From contig NW_021834589.1 of the NCBI RefSeq assembly GCF_006345805.1, positions 1 to 46,550 of the forward strand: a DNA stretch of 46,550 nt, given 5' to 3'. The translations under genes and the position numbers were made by a program. Of the stretch, positions 44,107 to 46,550 are shown one piece after another. Within the stretch, counting starts at the first letter, position 1, and every line of letters starts with the position of its first letter. The notes beneath the pieces were generated by a model. The model was not told where the DNA came from. It did no database searches and was given only the letters and a program-made list of their open reading frames with translations. The stretch comes from Octopus sinensis (lineage: Eukaryota).

Positions 44107-44618
44107 TCACACACACACACTCTCTTATTAACAAAGAGAACCCCCTATTAATCACAAGGCAATGAAGGAACCTTTAAACAGTCGTCTATCCTACAAGAAA
44201 TAACAGCTAAATCTTATCTTCTCCAGGCCTCACTCTGTTATTTTAAAAATTGGTATGCTGGATAATGTAGTTTGGGGTACACTGTTGCCAAAAAGTACAA
44301 TGGACGAAATAGTCATCAACAGAAACCAAGCAAGCAAGCAAACAGCCAAAAAATAAGGGCTCAGGGGTCAATTTGTTTGACTACGCTCATCAAGACGGCG
44401 CCCCAGCATGGCCGCAGTTGAATGATTGAAAAGATGTGTGTGTGTGTGTGTGTGTGTGTATGCGTATATTGTGTTCTTTATAACTGTGTCAATTTATTTA
44501 TACATATACACGCGTTATATATACAAATACATGTAAACGTTTATGTAAATGTGTATCAAGCACGAATTTATATATAAACAGACATTCATAAACAAAGGTA
44601 TACAAAAACAGTATGTCT

Positions 44619-44721
<103 letters not shown>

Positions 44722-44771
44722 GTCTGTCTCTCTGTCTGTCTGTCTCTGTCTCTCTCTCTCTGAATATAAAT

Positions 44772-44985
44772 TCCTTTATTCGTTTCTGTCATTTGACTGC
44801 AGCCATGCTGGAGCACCGCCTTAAAGGTTTTTCGTTGAAGAAATCGACCCCAGGACTTACTCTCTGTAAGCCTTGCTCTTATTGCATTTGTTTCTTTAAG
44901 CCGAATCCCTAAGTTACGGGGACGTAAACCCGCCAACATCAGTTGTCAAGCGATGGTGGTGGTTTGACGGAAACACAAACATATA

Positions 44986-45016
<31 letters not shown>

Positions 45017-45198
45017 AATATATATATATATATATACGACGGGCTTTTTCAGTTTCCGGCTACCAAATCCACTCACAAGGCTTTGGTCGGCCCGATGCTG
45101 TAGTAGAAGACATTTGCCCAAGGTGCCTCTCAGTGGGACTGACCTCGGAACCATGTGGTTGGGAAGCAAGTTTCTTACCACACAGCCACGCCTGCGCT
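44772..45198 (-). mobile_element. SINE family A, full length
   Basis: Inverted relative to 43305-43752. Confidence 0.9.
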
Positions 45199-45227
45199 TA
45201 TATGTGTATATATATATACACATTGTA

Positions 45228-45950
45228 TGTTCTGCTTCATAAATAATATGGATCTCATACATAATGTGACAGTGATACCGACGGTACTCTCGGATCACAG
45301 TATGGTAGATCTGACCATGTACAGACCAAAGGAAACCATGGACGTGCAGCCTCCAAGAAACTCTCGAAATGATGGACCGCTGGAGGACATTTGTCCTAAA
45401 CCGTTTTGAGGCAATCCAACGAAGTTACACGAAGAAGATAGACTCTATGCAGCATAAAAGCTATTGGGAAGAACTCAAGAAATTGAGACTTTATTCCCAG
45501 GAGCGTAGGCGGGAAAGATATGCCGTAATATAAATCTAGAAGATTCTAGAGGGACTTGTCCCAAACTTTGGCATTGAGGGTTACTAACGTCAGACCAGGG
45601 CGCCACTGCAAAGACTCCAACTACACCATCAAAATATAGGACAAGATATTGCAATAGCTTGGACTTTAAAGGTCCATAGCTCTTCAATATCCCCCCAAAG
45701 GACCTGAGAGACCTACATGGGGTGGATGTAGATGTCTTCAAAACATAACTAGATCTCTTACTGTCAAGAGTTCTAGATGAACCAATAGGAAGTGCAAATG
45801 AGGGTAGAGGAGTCAAACTCCCTCATTCACCAAATGTCAAGTTCTAAAAAGATTTAGTGAAGTAAAAATTATGTAGCAACACCAAATGGCGGTGCCCCAG
45901 CATGGTCACAGATCGTGAGCTGAAACTAGTTTAACTCAATTCAATTCAAT
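45228..45950 (+). mobile_element. Internally deleted CR1/L2-group LINE: end of APE endonuclease joined to post-RT C-terminus, 3' UTR and (TCAAT)n tail
   Basis: FCFINNMDLIHNVTVIPTVLSDHSMV (APE SDH motif), then from about 45405 FEAIQRSYTKKIDSMQHKSYWEELKKLRLYSQERRRERYAVI*I*KILEGLVPN...FNIPPKDLR...VFKT*LD. Clade assignment is approximate. Confidence 0.8.
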
Positions 45951-46047
45951 GCACATACATACATATATAGATAAATAAATAAATAAATAAATATATATAT
46001 ATATATATATATATAGATATATATATATATATATATTATATATATAG

Positions 46048-46129
<82 letters not shown>

Positions 46130-46274
46130 AGTAAGCACATAATGCGAACAAGCTCAGAAAAATAGTACTCGAATACCAGAGGCAGAATAATATGCAGAAA
46201 TATCACAAAAACTGTTACTCAGAGTTTCACGTTCCCGTGATGTTTTTGCTGCTTTTTTTAAATAATACATACAT

Positions 46275-46310
<36 letters not shown>

Positions 46311-46373
46311 CACACCATTATATATACATATATATATATAATATATATATATGTGTGTGTGTATGTGTGTATA

Positions 46374-46439
<66 letters not shown>

Positions 46440-46460
46440 GGGAGAGAGAGAGATCTAGTT
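45950..46460. repeat. (TA)n, (CATA)n, (CA)n and (GA)n microsatellites around a short non-simple island at 46126-46260
   Basis: Direct reading. Confidence 0.9.
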
Positions 46461-46550
46461 TAAGGCTGGAGCAGGCTGGGATTTTAGTAGATATCTGGAT
46501 AAGAAGTCACATTTTTGTACCCAATTAAATCATTCGCGCATCAAATATAA

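Overview
This is eukaryotic, repeat-dominated DNA. The SINE families and extreme microsatellite load resemble Octopus (cephalopod) sequence; this is recognition from memory, not a database match. I find no confidently identifiable host protein-coding gene, rRNA, bona fide tRNA or CRISPR array. Nearly all listed ORFs are translations of microsatellites or of SINE/TE fragments. The window is a TE graveyard: at least four tRNA-headed SINE families, hAT and pogo-like MITEs, four Tc1/mariner relics (two DD37D/maT-type), two Helitron segments, a CRE-type RLE retrotransposon relic, an RTE RT fragment and an internally deleted CR1/L2-group LINE. It also holds SINE-derived tandem arrays, a minisatellite rich in TTC-N3-GAA motifs and kilobases of simple sequence. 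The most striking feature is a ~690 bp foldback at 39411-40095. It consists of two head-to-head copies of a composite element: tRNA-like Pol III head, (AAT)n linker, then a Penelope-type tail with a complete minimal hammerhead ribozyme core. This suggests a Pol III-driven, ribozyme-bearing non-autonomous retroelement. C/A versus G/T strand skew and a few splice acceptors hint that the window may be intronic in a minus-strand gene, but this is weak.
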